The notes below the pieces were generated by a model, which worked only from the letters and a program-made list of their open reading frames with translations, was not told the origin of the DNA and did no database searches. Shown one piece after another: positions 1-13,356 of a DNA stretch of 64,000 bases. The translations under genes were made by a program, and so were the position numbers. Position 1 is the first letter of the stretch. Every line of letters begins with the position of its first letter. The DNA is from the human T2T-CHM13v2.0 reference genome, Homo sapiens, in NCBI RefSeq assembly GCF_009914755.1, contig NC_060932.1, one strand, 5' to 3'.

Positions 1-599
1 TTTGCAGGAAGCCATATGCTTTAGTTATTGAAGTCTGCTCAACGTGGGAGGGAATAAATTGGCCCTTCCAGGAGCCTGGTTAAGCAGCAGAAATAGTTTT
101 CTCTTGGTCAAGCACGGGTTGGGGGGTAGGGGTTGGAGGACCACCCGCGGATTTAAGATGTGGCCGGTGCCAGGACCATGGGTCTTGTCTGCCACATTCT
201 CCTGCTAACTTGGTAACACTTTTTCCTCTGTTAGCACTGTAGCTTTGCTTAAGAAAGACACCATACTGGACACTTGACATTCAAAAGGAATTTGTCCTCA
301 AATCTTAGTTCTCTCAATTTACAAGCATGCCTCCTGGTCTTCTCCCGAGTCACTCTTCTGCTGAGTCTTGTGTTCACAAAACTTCTGAACTGCTTTTTCA
401 AATCACCCTAATTTTTTCTGTCTCATATGGTAACCACTGTCATAAACAAAGATTTTTTAAAAGCCACAACACACCAAATGAAAACCTAGCCCCTTGCCCC
501 CAAAATAAATTCTGATGTTAAATTTAACCTTCTAAGATCATCCAGTTTCATCTTGCAAAGAATTTTCTGGATGAGGTATAAAACTATTTTAAATCATAA

Positions 600-1290
600 A
601 AAACAAGTGATAGCACAGACCACAAAATAAAAAAATAGTGCACTCTACTTCATTGAAATGAAAACTTATACTCTTTGAAAAACACTATTAAGAAAATGAG
701 TTGATAAGCTACAGACTGGGAGAAAATATTTGCCAGACAAACAATCCAATTAAAAATGGTCAAAAGATTTTTAATAAATACTTTACCAAAGAATATATAT
801 GAAGGGCCAATGAGTATGTGGAAAGAGGCTCAACATCATTAGTCATCAGAGAAATGTAAATTAAAACCACAATGAAATACCAATACATACCTACTAAAAT
901 GTCTAAAATGAAAGAGACTGGGCCAGGCATGGTGGTTCATGATTGTAATTACAGTGCTTTTGGAGGCTGAGGTGGGAGGATTGCTTGAGGTCAGGAATTT
1001 GAGACCAGCCTGGGCAACAGAGAAAGACCCTCGTCTTTACAAAACATTTAAAAAAAAAAAAAATGAGCCAAGCGCAGTGCCACATGCCTGTAGCCCCAGC
1101 TTGAACCCAGGAGTTCAAGGTTGCAGTGAGCCATGATCATGCCACTGCACTCCAGCCTGGGTGACAGAGCAAGACCCTGTCTCAATTAATAAAATAAAAT
1201 AAAAAGACTGACAGTGCCAACTGATGATGAGGATTTGGTGCAAATGGAACTTTCACACACTGTTGGTGAGAATACAAAATGGAAAGCTAC
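600..1290 (+). mobile_element. Old L1M (L1MC/ME-type) 3' region, split by an Alu at 921-1203
   Basis: A-rich L1 ORF2-end/3'UTR-like text (acagactgggagaaaatatttgc; ctcaacatcattagtcatcagagaaatgtaaattaaaaccacaatga; cacactgttggtgagaatacaaaatgg). Confidence 0.8.
921..1203 (+). mobile_element. AluJ-like SINE with internal deletion in right arm
   Basis: ggccaggcatggtggttcatg start, A-rich linker and tail, flanked by diverged TSD ending in agactg. Confidence 0.9.
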
Positions 1291-1568
1291 TTTTTAAAAA
1301 GATGCTAAAAATGTTTAGGCAACTGGACTTAGTTGAGATAATCCCAATTTGTTGGCAGTGTCCAAAGCTTTGTAGCCAGGGAGCAAATGCATGCCTTCGT
1401 TATGCCATTAGGCCTAATCAGAGTATGGGCTTTGGCCAGTCAAGGTCGTAGGGCTCCTTCGTAGCCTCTTTGATCTGGTGTTGTTGGCCTTGATGTCCAT
1501 GATGAACACTAATGTGACCAGTATGTCCTTGCCATTGAGCTTCATGGCCAACTTCATGGTAATAACGG
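1291..1568 (-). pseudogene. RPL23AP: Decayed 5'-truncated processed pseudogene of ribosomal protein L23a (RPL23A-like)
   Basis: Minus strand encodes TMKLAMKL...TLVFIMDIKAN, then frameshifted segments matching the RPL23A C-terminus ([29 protein letters not shown]...LIRPDG...DALDVANKIGII), followed by a 3'UTR-like aactaagtccagttgcctaa and a short A remnant. No introns; indels present. Confidence 0.88.
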
Positions 1569-1625
1569 CTAAGCTTATTCCTCCTAGGGACCTCTGTGTG
1601 TCCATTTCTACATTTATAAAATGGA

Positions 1626-1830
1626 GTGTATTCGTTGGGGTAGGCTAACTACTGTAACAAATAGACCCGAAATGTGTCATGGTTAAAGACAGGTGTTACT
1701 GGGTCACATAACAGTCTAAGGTAGTTCTAAGTTGGAGGTGGGGCAGAGCCTTACTGCTAACTTGGACAGCTCATCTTGGGACTGTTTTATCAGCGAAACC
1801 TCAATATTGTTTAAGCTATTGCATTTTAGG
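1626..1830 (-). mobile_element. Old MaLR LTR fragment (MLT1J/K/L-like)
   Basis: tgtattcgttggggtaggctaactactgtaacaaatagacccgaaat resembles an MLT1 LTR end. Confidence 0.5.
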
Positions 1831-2241
1831 ACCTCTTCGTCACAGCAGCTGAGTCTTAACCTCACTAATGTGGTCAGACTCAACTGGTAAACATCTTGCC
1901 TCTCACACAGGCCGTATTGCTCCTGCAATTCTAATCCGAGCTTCAGCTAAATTCAAAATGGCTGTGTGTCAGGGGCCTTCAGGGTTGCTTATGAATAGTC
2001 AAAACTGCTGATTTGTGGAAAATACCAAAGGTCCCATCAATCAGTCATGGATCAGTCAGATAACATGCACATAAAGTGTTTATTTTCAGCATAAAAACAA
2101 GGAAAATGCAGCTTAGGAAAAGGAGGAGGGAAGGAAGGAACCACTTCTGCTGAGCACGTCCATGTAGAAGGTGCGGGGTTGGGCGTTTGCATGTGTTATC
2201 CCATGTTGACTATCAAGAGAGTCCTACTGCAGAATGGTTAT

Positions 2242-2558
2242 CTTTATTTTATTACATTTATTTATTTATTTTTTTAGACAGGATCTCACTCCGTCACCCA
2301 GGCTGGAGTGCCGTGGCACTATCATGGCTCACTGCAGCCTCTACCTCCACCGGCTCAGGTGATCCTCCCACCTGAGCCTCCTGAGTCACTAAGACTACAG
2401 GCACACACTACCAAGCCCGGCTAATTTTTGTATTTTTTTGTGAAGACGGGGTTTCGCTCTGTTGCCCAGACTGGTCTCAAACTCCTGGGTTCAAGTGATT
2501 CACCGACCTTGGCCTCCCAAAATGTTGGGATTACAGGCATGAGCCACCACTCCTAGCC
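2242..2558 (-). mobile_element. AluJ-like SINE
   Basis: T-rich tail then reverse Alu consensus ending gagccaccactcctagcc. Confidence 0.92.
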
Positions 2559-3711
2559 AGGACTGTTATTTTTACATTGCAGATGAAGAAATTTTGGTCA
2601 GAGAGATGAAGTAGCTCTGCCAGTACACAGCATGGAATTGAAAGCAATGGGCCTGGCACTGACTGAGAGGTACTCACAGCTTGGGGCAGACTCCCATTTG
2701 GAGATGGGATCCTGAAGAAGCCTGGATGTTTGTGACGGCGGTCAACAGAGCTTCCAGAATGGTAAATCTGATCTTTTGTTTACAACCTTTCAAGAGGCCC
2801 TCATTGCCTTCCAGGTAAAACATCCAACCCTCAGTAGCTAGCCATCAAGTCCTTAGTCACCTGACCCACCATCATCTGTTTCATTTGTGTCACATCCCCC
2901 TTTTATAGGCTACGGTCTCTTTTTCTCTTGGCTGTTGCCCTTGCTGTCCCCTCTTCTTAAACACTCCCTCTGTCACCCCTTTGCTGACTCATCCTCATGC
3001 TTCAAGATGCAGACATCACCTCCTCCAGGAAGTCTTCTCTCCTGATGAATCCTCTGCTCCCACTCATTTCCACGCTCTCCAATCTGCACTTCCCTCCCTC
3101 AGAGCAGTTGATTAACAGTGTAACTCTATTATATAACCTGCTTAAATTCCTCCATCAGTAAAATGGCTATGATAATAATCGTACTTATAACGCAGCAGTG
3201 CAGCAAAGTGGAAAGAGACCATCCTCGCAGAGCCCTTTGCATGGGGCCTTGCTCAGAGTAAGCACTCAATGCATGTTAGCCAGTTAGCACTCTTTAAGTA
3301 ATTCTCTGTTGAAGCCTCTGCCTCTTGCCAAAGATGCCATGCAGCACTGTATCTCCAGCACCTAGCCCAGTGCTGAGACACAGAGATGTTCAATAAAGGT
3401 GCAGGAACCAAAGCTTAGGCACATCTCTACCTATGTTTTTTTTTTTTCTCTCCCCTCAGCAAACGAAAAGGAAGGGTTAGGTAGACCAATTATGTGAATA
3501 ACTTAATTGGCGTTGTGTTTCACTAGCAACTGTGGTTTGAAGATGTGCAGTGACCTGCCCAGTACCACACAGATGGTATTAGGCAGAACAAGGACTTTCG
3601 TCCTCTTCATACCTAGGCTATCTCCTGCACAGCTACTTGATGGACTAAGGGAAGGGGACTTCTAAATTTTGAGGTGGGAGAAAGAGAGGAGAAAGAAGGT
3701 ACCAAGAGTGA

Positions 3712-4020
<309 letters not shown>

Positions 4021-5249
4021 AAACCCCTGTCTTTATTTGGTTCTCTACAGCTGGTGTCTGAGACTTGGCTCTCTAAAGAGATGGTGAACTCTCAGAGAAC
4101 AACTTCATGTACTAACAAGAGCAATACTAGCTCACTACGCTCCAGCCCCTGAGCTGGGCTGAACTCTTCGTGGTATCATTGTGTTTATGTGCACAGAAAT
4201 CCTTATAGGTGGGAACTATGTTAATCTCCATTTTATGGATGAGGAAACTGAGATTAAGTAATTACCAAGGTTACCCTTAGTAAGTAGCAGGCCTGGAATT
4301 CAAACACAGGCCACAGGACACTAAAGCCCATGCATTAACCTCTGGGCAGTGCTGTCTTCCGTCTTTCCAATTCAAGTCACGTCAATTACTTGGCACAACT
4401 TTCCTTGGCACCTTCTGGTATAGGCATTATGCTAATACAGAGACACAGTGATTCCCAGAGGAAGAAATCAAGGAAGCCTACATACATACTGATTAGTCAT
4501 TGCCAACATGAGTTTATGGAGTATTGACTTGTCCAAGGTGCAATCCTAGAAACCACACAGGTATTACATTTATTTAATTCTCACAGCAAACCTTTGTAAT
4601 AGGTATTAGGGTTCCCCCCATTTTACAGATTGGGAAACTGAGGCTAATAGCATGCACAAGGGCACAGAATTCTTAAGTAGTAATGTCTGGATTTGAACAG
4701 AGTCATGATGCCGTGGTGCTTTGCAGGGTGGAGTAAGGCCAGAGGTCAGCATTTGGAATGGCCTTGGAGGGGGAAAAGGCCAGGGGGAGCTGGGTGCAGC
4801 CAGGAGAGGCAACTAAGGAGAGGGTACCCTGCACACCGTTACTGACTGGCAACGCTTACTGACTTGAATCCATGTGGCAATCCACGACCTGGGTCTGATA
4901 TCATCTCTGGGAACGGGCTTGGAACACCCATGAGAAACAGAGCGCAATGGTTGAGCAATGCAGCCTCAACTCTTAGGAAATGGAAAATTCTGAAAAGGAA
5001 GGTTCTAGGAACTTGGAGAGGCACAGCCACAGGTCTGAGAGTCGCTTCCATTTCCTCGCTCACCCCTGAATCTGCCCTGCCGGTTCCTCCACTCTGAGCC
5101 TTTGCTGTTGCCTAGGGCTGTAAAATGCAGCCCCTTCCCTGCAGTCCTCCTCCGATCCCTGTTTGCCCATCAGGTTCCCTCACTGTCTGTGACAGCCCTG
5201 TCCCTCCCAACCAGTGCAGAACTGGCTGTGGACACGATTTCCAGCATCA

Positions 5250-5740
5250 CTCTTTTTTGTTTTGTTTTTCACTTATGTGATTAAAAAAAATTTCAACTCT
5301 AATTTTGGATTCAGGAGGTACATGCGCAGGTTTGTTACTTGGATATATTGTGTGATGCTGAAGTTTGGGGTATGAATGATCCCATCACTCACCTAGTGAG
5401 CATAGTACCCAATAGGTAGTTTTGCAACCCTTGCCCTCCTTCCATCCTCCCCCTACTAGTAATCCCTGGTCTCTATTGTTGCCATCTTTATGTCCATGGG
5501 TACCCAATATTTGACTTCTACTTTATAAGTGAAAACATTTGATATTTTGTTTTCTGTTCCTGTATTAATTTGCTTAGGATAATGGCCTCCAGCTGCATCT
5601 ATGTTGCTGCACAGGATATGATTTTGTTCCTTTTTATGGCTGTGTAGTATTTCCTGGTGTTTCTATACCATATTTTCTTTATTCAATCCACCGTTGATGG
5701 GCACCAGTTGGTTCCGTGTCTTTGCTATTGCGAATAGTCC
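5250..5740 (-). mobile_element. 5'-truncated older primate L1 3' end (L1PA13-16-like)
   Basis: ggtacatgcgcaggtttgttacttggatatattgtgtgatgctgaagtttggggtatgaatgatccc...tctttgctattgcgaatagt is a reversed L1 3'UTR. Confidence 0.88.
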
Positions 5741-7012
5741 TGCACTACTCTTGCAGGGCCAGCAGAGCCTGGGTTACATCTGGGCTCAGCGGACAGACCA
5801 ACCTGGATTGAATCTGGCAGAGTAACTAAGACAGGGACCTAGAGAGCTCTAGATTTCACCAGGATCAGAGGCTCAAAGAGGTAAAACAAATCTCCCAGGC
5901 CACACAGATTGTTATTATTAGAGCATTCTTGTCCTGGTTCTGCTTGACCAATCCGAGCCTTTAAAATGGGGCTAGTGATACTTGTGTGAAATAGATGAGA
6001 TAATGCTTACTAAAGGGTGTGGAACAGGGCACTCAGTCAGCGACATTAGCCCTGCTCCCCACCCACCCCATGTATCTCTTCAGATGTATGTGTCTTTTTT
6101 CTACAATGAAATCATAGGAAATTGAAGGTCAGAGAGTCTTCTTTAGCATATTTCAGTAACCCTTTGTGGGGCCTTGCCTATTGAAAAAAGGGCTGAAAAG
6201 ATGTTGGTTAACAAAACAGCCTTCCAAAAAATGTTCAGAACCCAAAGCAAGGTCTACAGTCCCTGGGGCTGCCATGTCAAAATGATGTCCTTGTGGCCGT
6301 AGGGGTCGGGTTTCTGGAAAAACCTGTCCTGGAGACAGAGCCCAGCCCAGGGGAGTAGGGTGCTAGGCAGCTGTCCCGGAGGGAGACCCCATTTTTCTCT
6401 GCTCAGCTGGTTGGAAGGGAGCTGAATAGTCATTTAGGTGCTCGTTGCAACAGGCTGGGGTTGAGATAGGCAGCCTCAGACGGCCTGGATATTAATGTGG
6501 CTAATTATGTGGATTGCTTCACCAGGAGATGGGAGATAGAACTCCCCAGGAGTCCCAGTGGGAAGGCCCTGTGGGGCCCAGCCCTTGGTGTGCTCATTGC
6601 TGCTCTGTCTGGGAAAGCTGAGGTGCCCTGGCCAGTTCCTGAAGTGGCTGGTCCCTCCCAGCTGCTCCAAGTGACAGTCTGCATCTCTAGGATGATCTTG
6701 GTGTGGCTACAGAGGGAGAGATGGGGCCTCTGGGAGGAGAAAGCCAGGGCCAGGTAGAGTGGTGCTGACAGATGGCTTGATAATGATCAAAAGGTGCACC
6801 TCCCAGGCAAGGAGGAAAATGCCGCCCCCTGGAAATAGAGAAAAGAAAACTGCTGAGGATGTGTCTTTGTCAGGTACTATATTTGATCCAGAGAGGGAGA
6901 GTCTGGCTTTACCTTCTCTTCTGGCTCTGCAGGAAATAAAGGTTTGGGTTCTATTTCCTGTTCCCTATGGTTGGAATTGAACACACCTATAAAGTCCTAT
7001 CAGGATTAGAGT

Positions 7013-7015
7013 CTG

Positions 7016-7061
<46 letters not shown>

Positions 7062-7062
7062 A
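7013..7062. repeat. (TCTA)n tetranucleotide microsatellite
   Basis: About 11-12 tandem tcta units read directly. Confidence 0.95.
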
Positions 7063-7071
7063 ATAATCTAT

Positions 7072-7365
7072 TTTCTTTGAGATGGAGTCTGGCTCTTGTT
7101 GCTCAGGCTGGAGTGGCATGATCTTGGCTCACTGCAACCTCCGTCTCCTGGGTTCAAGTGATTCTCCTGTCTCAGACTCCCGAGTAGCTGGGATTACAGG
7201 CACCTGCCACCACACCCGGCTAATTTTTTTTTTTTTTTTGTATTTTTAGTAGAGACAGGGTTTTGCCATGTTGGCCAGGCTGGTCTCAAACTCCTGACCT
7301 CATGAGCTGCCCGCCTTAGCCTCCCAAAATGCTGGAATTACAGGAATGAGCCACTGTGCCTGGCC
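7072..7365 (-). mobile_element. AluS-like SINE
   Basis: Reverse Alu consensus. Confidence 0.92.
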
Positions 7366-7426
7366 TATTTTCATCTATCATCTATCTATCTATCTACATA
7401 GATATATATGTATATCTATGTATATA

Positions 7427-8123
<697 letters not shown>

Positions 8124-8974
8124 TGTCATCTATATTTCTATTTTCTTTCTTTTGATCAATTGAGCAATCTATCTATCATGCACCTACCTATCTACCTAAC
8201 TTTCATCTATCAACATACTATCTCATGTTGGGACTTAAAAAAAAAAAGAAGAAAACCAAATATCCGTGCCATTTACAAAGCTGCTGATGGTATTTTACAG
8301 TGGATCAGCAACTACAAATTAGCAGAACAAATCTGGTTTATTTTTTGTATCTCTCCCCTCATGACACAAAGCTCGTTGCGTCTTCCATTCAAAGATGGTG
8401 GATTTGAGATTTGAGTAAACTCGGCTCAAAAGCAAGTCATCATGCCTAGTCAGTTAAGCAGAAACGAGGCCAAACTTTGGGAAGCGCCTCCAAGCCCGCT
8501 CTCACGAAACCAAGTGCTGTATCTGCTAACTGCTTTTTAGTTTGTTCCCTGGCTTTTTGGAAGCATCTTTGACTTCAGAAAACACTTGCTGTGTTTACAC
8601 CTGTTAAAAAATTTTTTACAAGTTTTGAGAAAGCACTGTGTTGGCTGAAATTGTCATTTCTTTGGTGGTGTTTCAGGGGGATGAGGATGAGGGATGCACA
8701 AACCAAAATGAACTTGGCTTTCTCCTTTTAGAGCTGGAGAGCCTATTGCTTTTTGAGGATAAGACACTACAAGCTCCTTTATCATGCTAGACTGGAAAGT
8801 GTTTCTCCTTCCTTTGTAAGTTTCTTCCTCTCTCCAGCTGTTAGATGAGGCAAAACGTGAAGCTTTAAGCATGATGATTCTCAGTCTCCAGGAGATGCTA
8901 AATAAATGCTACCTTCCTTCTTGTCTCTCTTTTGTTGCCTGATCTCTCCTCATCATCACGACAGCATATCTCCC

Positions 8975-9135
8975 CACTGATCGACTGTAAGATGCCGTAT
9001 TGATTTATTAACAGCTGTTATTTATTTTTGGCAAGGTTGGTGTGTGTGGTGGGGACAAATATTGATTGTACGTGGTACCCTGATTTCAGCAATGTTAGAG
9101 TTCAGAAACAAATCACATATCTTAGAATCGAAGGG
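8975..9135. mobile_element. Tc2/mariner-type MITE (MER104/Kanga-like)
   Basis: gatcgactgtaagatgc ... ccctgatttcagcaatgttagag ... atcttagaatcga resembles the recalled MER104 consensus. Confidence 0.55.
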
Positions 9136-9239
9136 ACTCAGTAGCATTTTCAAGTGGACTCAGAAGCAATGTTGTTCAGAAAAAAGAGGCACAGGTCAGG
9201 GTCTTGGTAGCACTTGGTTTGTCTGTTGTCTGGGGATGT

Positions 9240-9965
9240 TTTTCTCCCGTGGCTTCTAGGACACAATTCTCTTTTTCTCTTACCTTGTTACTGATGTGTT
9301 TTTTCTCCATCACCTTTGCTGGATCCTCCTCCCCTTTCTGCCTTCATGTGGAAGTGCCCCAGGGCTCACTCCTGAGCCCTTTTCTTCTGTGTTTGCATAA
9401 TGTCCTCCGATGATCCAATCCTGTTTCTTGGTTTTAAATATCATCTATACACGGGATGACTCCCAACACTTTTGTCTTGATAGCTTCACTTGGACATCTT
9501 AGACACTCCTCAAGCATAACATAATCGGAACTTTGGGTCTTCCTCTACTAACCTGCTTCCTTCTCTGTGTTCCCTTTTTCAGTTAACGGCACCCAGGGGC
9601 TCAAGCCCCAAACCAAAGAGCTGTCCTGGACTTACCTCTCTCACATCCATCATTTGAACCACGAGCAAATTCTATCGATTTCACTTTCAGAATATAGCCC
9701 CCCACCTCTCTCTGTCTCTGTCTCTGTCTCTCTTTATGTATATGTGTGTGTGTGTATATATATATATAAAACTAAAGCTCAGCGCCACTCACAAAGCTGC
9801 AGATGGGATTTTACAGTGCCAGCCTAGCCCCAGATGTCTTTAACTTCCATCTAGACTGCTACGGTGCCTTCTAATGGGGATCCCAACTCCCATCCTCACC
9901 CCCTAGAAGCCACACAGCAGGCAAAGCAATCTTTAAAGACAAATCAGATCATGTCACTCCTGATT
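9240..9965. mobile_element. L2 LINE remnant
   Basis: gtgccccagggctcactcctgagccc, gatgactcccaa, ttcacttggacatct and aaatcagatcatgtcactcc are L2 hallmarks. Confidence 0.8.
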
Positions 9966-10118
9966 CCAAGTCCTGCCTGGAAAGATTGGTGGACTGGTCT
10001 ATGGAGAGGACAAAAGTATTATTTCATAAATGTTTACAATGTTTTATACTTTATATATTTTTAAGGCAAACTTAGTTATTTTGTGTTAATTTTTATTGAT
10101 GAATATCGGATTATGTAA

Positions 10119-10474
<356 letters not shown>

Positions 10475-11044
10475 CAATAAATGGTTGTTGAAAGGATGAA
10501 CAAGCAATCCTGACTCAGATTCTAATTTGTCATGTGACCTGGAAGTGTCTCTTTTTTTCTCTGGGCCTGAGTTTTCTCCTTTGGTAAAGTGATTGCTGTG
10601 ATCCATGATGCAGCCTGATATTTTCTTTCTCTTCTCTTTCATGTAAGAAATGGCTACTCATAAATGACCAAAATGATTTCATGATTTGCTGATGTGTGTA
10701 GATCCAGTGGAAAACGTTGTCTGGCCGTGTCAGAGCTGCCAGGCTCTGCAGATTGCTGAGAGCAGGCCGCGTGTTCTGCAGATCGGAGAAGCACTACCAT
10801 GCAATGGCTCTGGAGCCAGAACCTGGCGCTTCTTTGCAGTGTGATTGCAGGCGAGTCAGCCAGCCTCTCTGAGCCCTGGTTTTCTCTGAGCCCTGGTTTT
10901 CTCATCTATAACCTGGGGAGTCTAACATTTTTCTTTGACAGCCAGGGTTCCAGCTGACCTAGTATGATGCCCAGATCAACAGCTAACCTTCATTGTGTGT
11001 TTACTGTGTGGGCTTACTGTGCCGTGTGCTTTACAGAATTGGTT

Positions 11045-11213
11045 CAGTGGTTCTCAGCCCTGGTTGCATATTTGAATCATGTAGGTAAAAAATGTGAATG
11101 TCCAGGCTCCACTTGATATAGGTGAAGTCAAAATTTGTGGGGTCAAAGCTTGAACATTGGATTTAAAAGCTCCCCAGGTGATTCAAATGTGCAGTCAATG
11201 CTGAGAATCATTG
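11045..11213. mobile_element. MER5A hAT-Charlie MITE
   Basis: cagtggttctcagccctgg...aaagctccccaggtgattcaaatgtgcag...gagaatcattg. Confidence 0.8.
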
Positions 11214-11228
11214 TATTAAGTCAATCAA

Positions 11229-11535
11229 TTATTTATTTATTTATTTATTTTTGAGATGGTATCTGGCTCTTGTTGCCCAGGCTGGAGTGCAGTGGCATGA
11301 TCTCGGCTCACTGCAACCTCTGCCTCCCGGGGTTCAAGTGATTCTCCTGCCTCAGCCTCCCGAGTAGCTGGGATTACAGGCATGCGCCACCACGCCTGGC
11401 TAATTTTTGTGTTTTTAGTAGAGACGGGGTTTCACCATGTTGTCCAGGCTGGTCTCAAACTCCTGACCTCAAGTGATCCACCCACCTCGGACCCCCAAAG
11501 TGCTGGGATTACAGGCATGAGCTACCACACCCGGC
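11229..11535 (-). mobile_element. AluS SINE
   Basis: (ttta)n tail and reverse Alu consensus. Confidence 0.93.
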
Positions 11536-11728
11536 CAAGTGAATTCATTCTTAACCCTATGTAGTAGGTACTAATGGTATGTACACCTGTGTTTTAGTTA
11601 AGTAAATCAAGGCACAGAGAGTTAATTTGCCTTGGCAGGCATTCAAACTCTGGCAATCTGTCTTGACAGCTTCACTTGGACATCTTAGAGAGTCCTCAAA
11701 CATAACAAATTCAGAATCAAACTTCGGG

Positions 11729-12130
11729 TTTTTTTTTTTAAGAAATAAATGTTTTATTCTTCCAACTAAATTTCAGTACTACAAGGGCAGTAAAACAGTG
11801 ATACACTAGAAAAAAATGCAGCAATAAACATTTGTTTAAATGGCTGATAGAATAAATAAAACTACCAAAAAAAATCCTATAAACTCATTCAGAAATCTCA
11901 AGAAGTCCTGGAATACAGAAATGCCCTCCTCCATGACTATTTCACAGGATGCACTGCAGGCTATTTGCTCAATATTGTCCTGGGATTACTTTCTTTTTTG
12001 AGATGGAGTTTTGCTTTTGTTGCCCAGGCTGGAGTGCAATGGTGTGATCCTGGGATTACTTTCTAAAATTAATAACTGCTTACAGCTTGGTTGTAGCCCG
12101 CAATTAAAATCACATTAACTTCATCTGAAG
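11729..12130 (-). pseudogene. Retrocopied mRNA 3'UTR (processed pseudogene fragment), parent gene unverified
   Basis: Poly-T at 11729-11739 with AATAAA on the minus strand at 11753-11758, 13 nt upstream of the tail. The body is U-rich and UTR-like and does not resemble an L1/Alu/LTR end that I recognise. The 5' limit is approximate. Confidence 0.7.
11995..12047 (-). mobile_element. Heavily 5'-truncated Alu (about 50 bp) with 17-bp TSD
   Basis: TSD tcctgggattactttct at 11978-11994 and 12048-12064 flanking the reversed Alu 3' end. Confidence 0.92.
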
Positions 12131-12581
12131 TTAGTTTGGGAAGACGTATTAGAATGAGCATTCTGCTGGTAAGGATGCCGTAGAGCTTGAAAGATTTGGA
12201 GGCTGGCCTGAGGTCACTCAGTAAGGTTTTGGCAGAGCTGTGGGGCTAGAACTCAGGAACCTTGGTCCTTGTTTAGGCAAATTGCCACTGCAGTGGGCTA
12301 CCCTATTTGGTCAAGTATAACATACCATCAGTTGTGAGATGCTGCTGTGGGAGGGATGTGACATCTGTGAAGAATGTATGGCCCATTCTGCTCCACTCTG
12401 GACTTCCTTGGGCTGGGAGGATGGGGGCTGGTGCTGGGGAGATGGGGACCCACATCAGGGAGGCAGGTTGAAGAGAAGCAGGCCCCTCTGGGACCCACAT
12501 TTCTCCCTGCTGCCTTCGTCACCAGGCTGAGGTTGTGTTGGCTTTGGCATGGTGCTTTCCCTCTATTCCACTATTAGAATT

Positions 12582-12724
12582 AATTATTATTATTATTATT
12601 ATTTTGTAGAGGCAGGGTCTCACTATGTTGCCCAGGCTGGTTGCAAACTTCTGGGCTCAAGCAATCCTTCCGTCTTGGCCTCCCCAAATGCTGGGATTAC
12701 TGGTTTGAGCCACCGAGCCTGGCC
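12582..12724 (-). mobile_element. FLAM/Alu left monomer
   Basis: (tat)n tail, monomer-length reverse Alu, TSD tattagaatt. Confidence 0.88.
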
Positions 12725-12742
12725 TTTATTAGAATTTTAAGC

Positions 12743-13040
12743 AGCTAGGCGCAGTGGCTCACGCCTGTAATCCCAGCACTTTGGGAGGATGAGGCCGGCA
12801 GATTTACCTGAGTTCAGGAGTTCAAGACCAACCTGGCCAACGTGGCGAAACCCTGTTTCTATTAAAAAAATACAAAAATTAGCCTGGTGTGATGCCTGTA
12901 ATCCCAGCTACTTGGGAGGCCGAGGCAGGAGAATGGCTTGAATCCGGAGGCAGAGGTTGCAGTGAGCCAAAATAGTCCCACTGCACTCCAGCCTGGGTGA
13001 CAGAGCAAGACTCTGTCTCAAAAAAAAATAAATAAATAAA
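12743..13040 (+). mobile_element. AluS SINE
   Basis: Forward Alu consensus with A-rich tail; TSD agaattttaa. Confidence 0.92.
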
Positions 13041-13356
13041 AGAATTTTAAAAAATAACACACGTGTATTACTTTTGTAATAATAATGATGATGATTTTAA
13101 AATGTCCCACCAACCTCAATGAAGTGTTAGGAAGAGAGGTAATGAAATAGACACGAAAAGCCCCTAATACCAGGCTCATAGAAGATCTTAGGCCAATATC
13201 AAGAAATTCTAGACATATCTTTCATCTTCTCATCCCAAGAAGGGGGTTGGCATGGGAAAGAGGAGGGTGACGAGCCGAGCAGTGCCACTTCCTCTCCCCT
13301 GCACAGGTCCTGCACCAGCTCCCTGCCTTTTCTTAGGTGGGGTCACCTGCCTTTTT

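Noticed and set aside
115-140. G-quadruplex-like G runs (also near 26358 and 35495)
   Set aside because: Common at this GC content, with no supporting promoter context.
10866-10903. 17-bp tandem duplication tctctgagccctggttt in a MIR
   Set aside because: Real but an ordinary slippage duplication.
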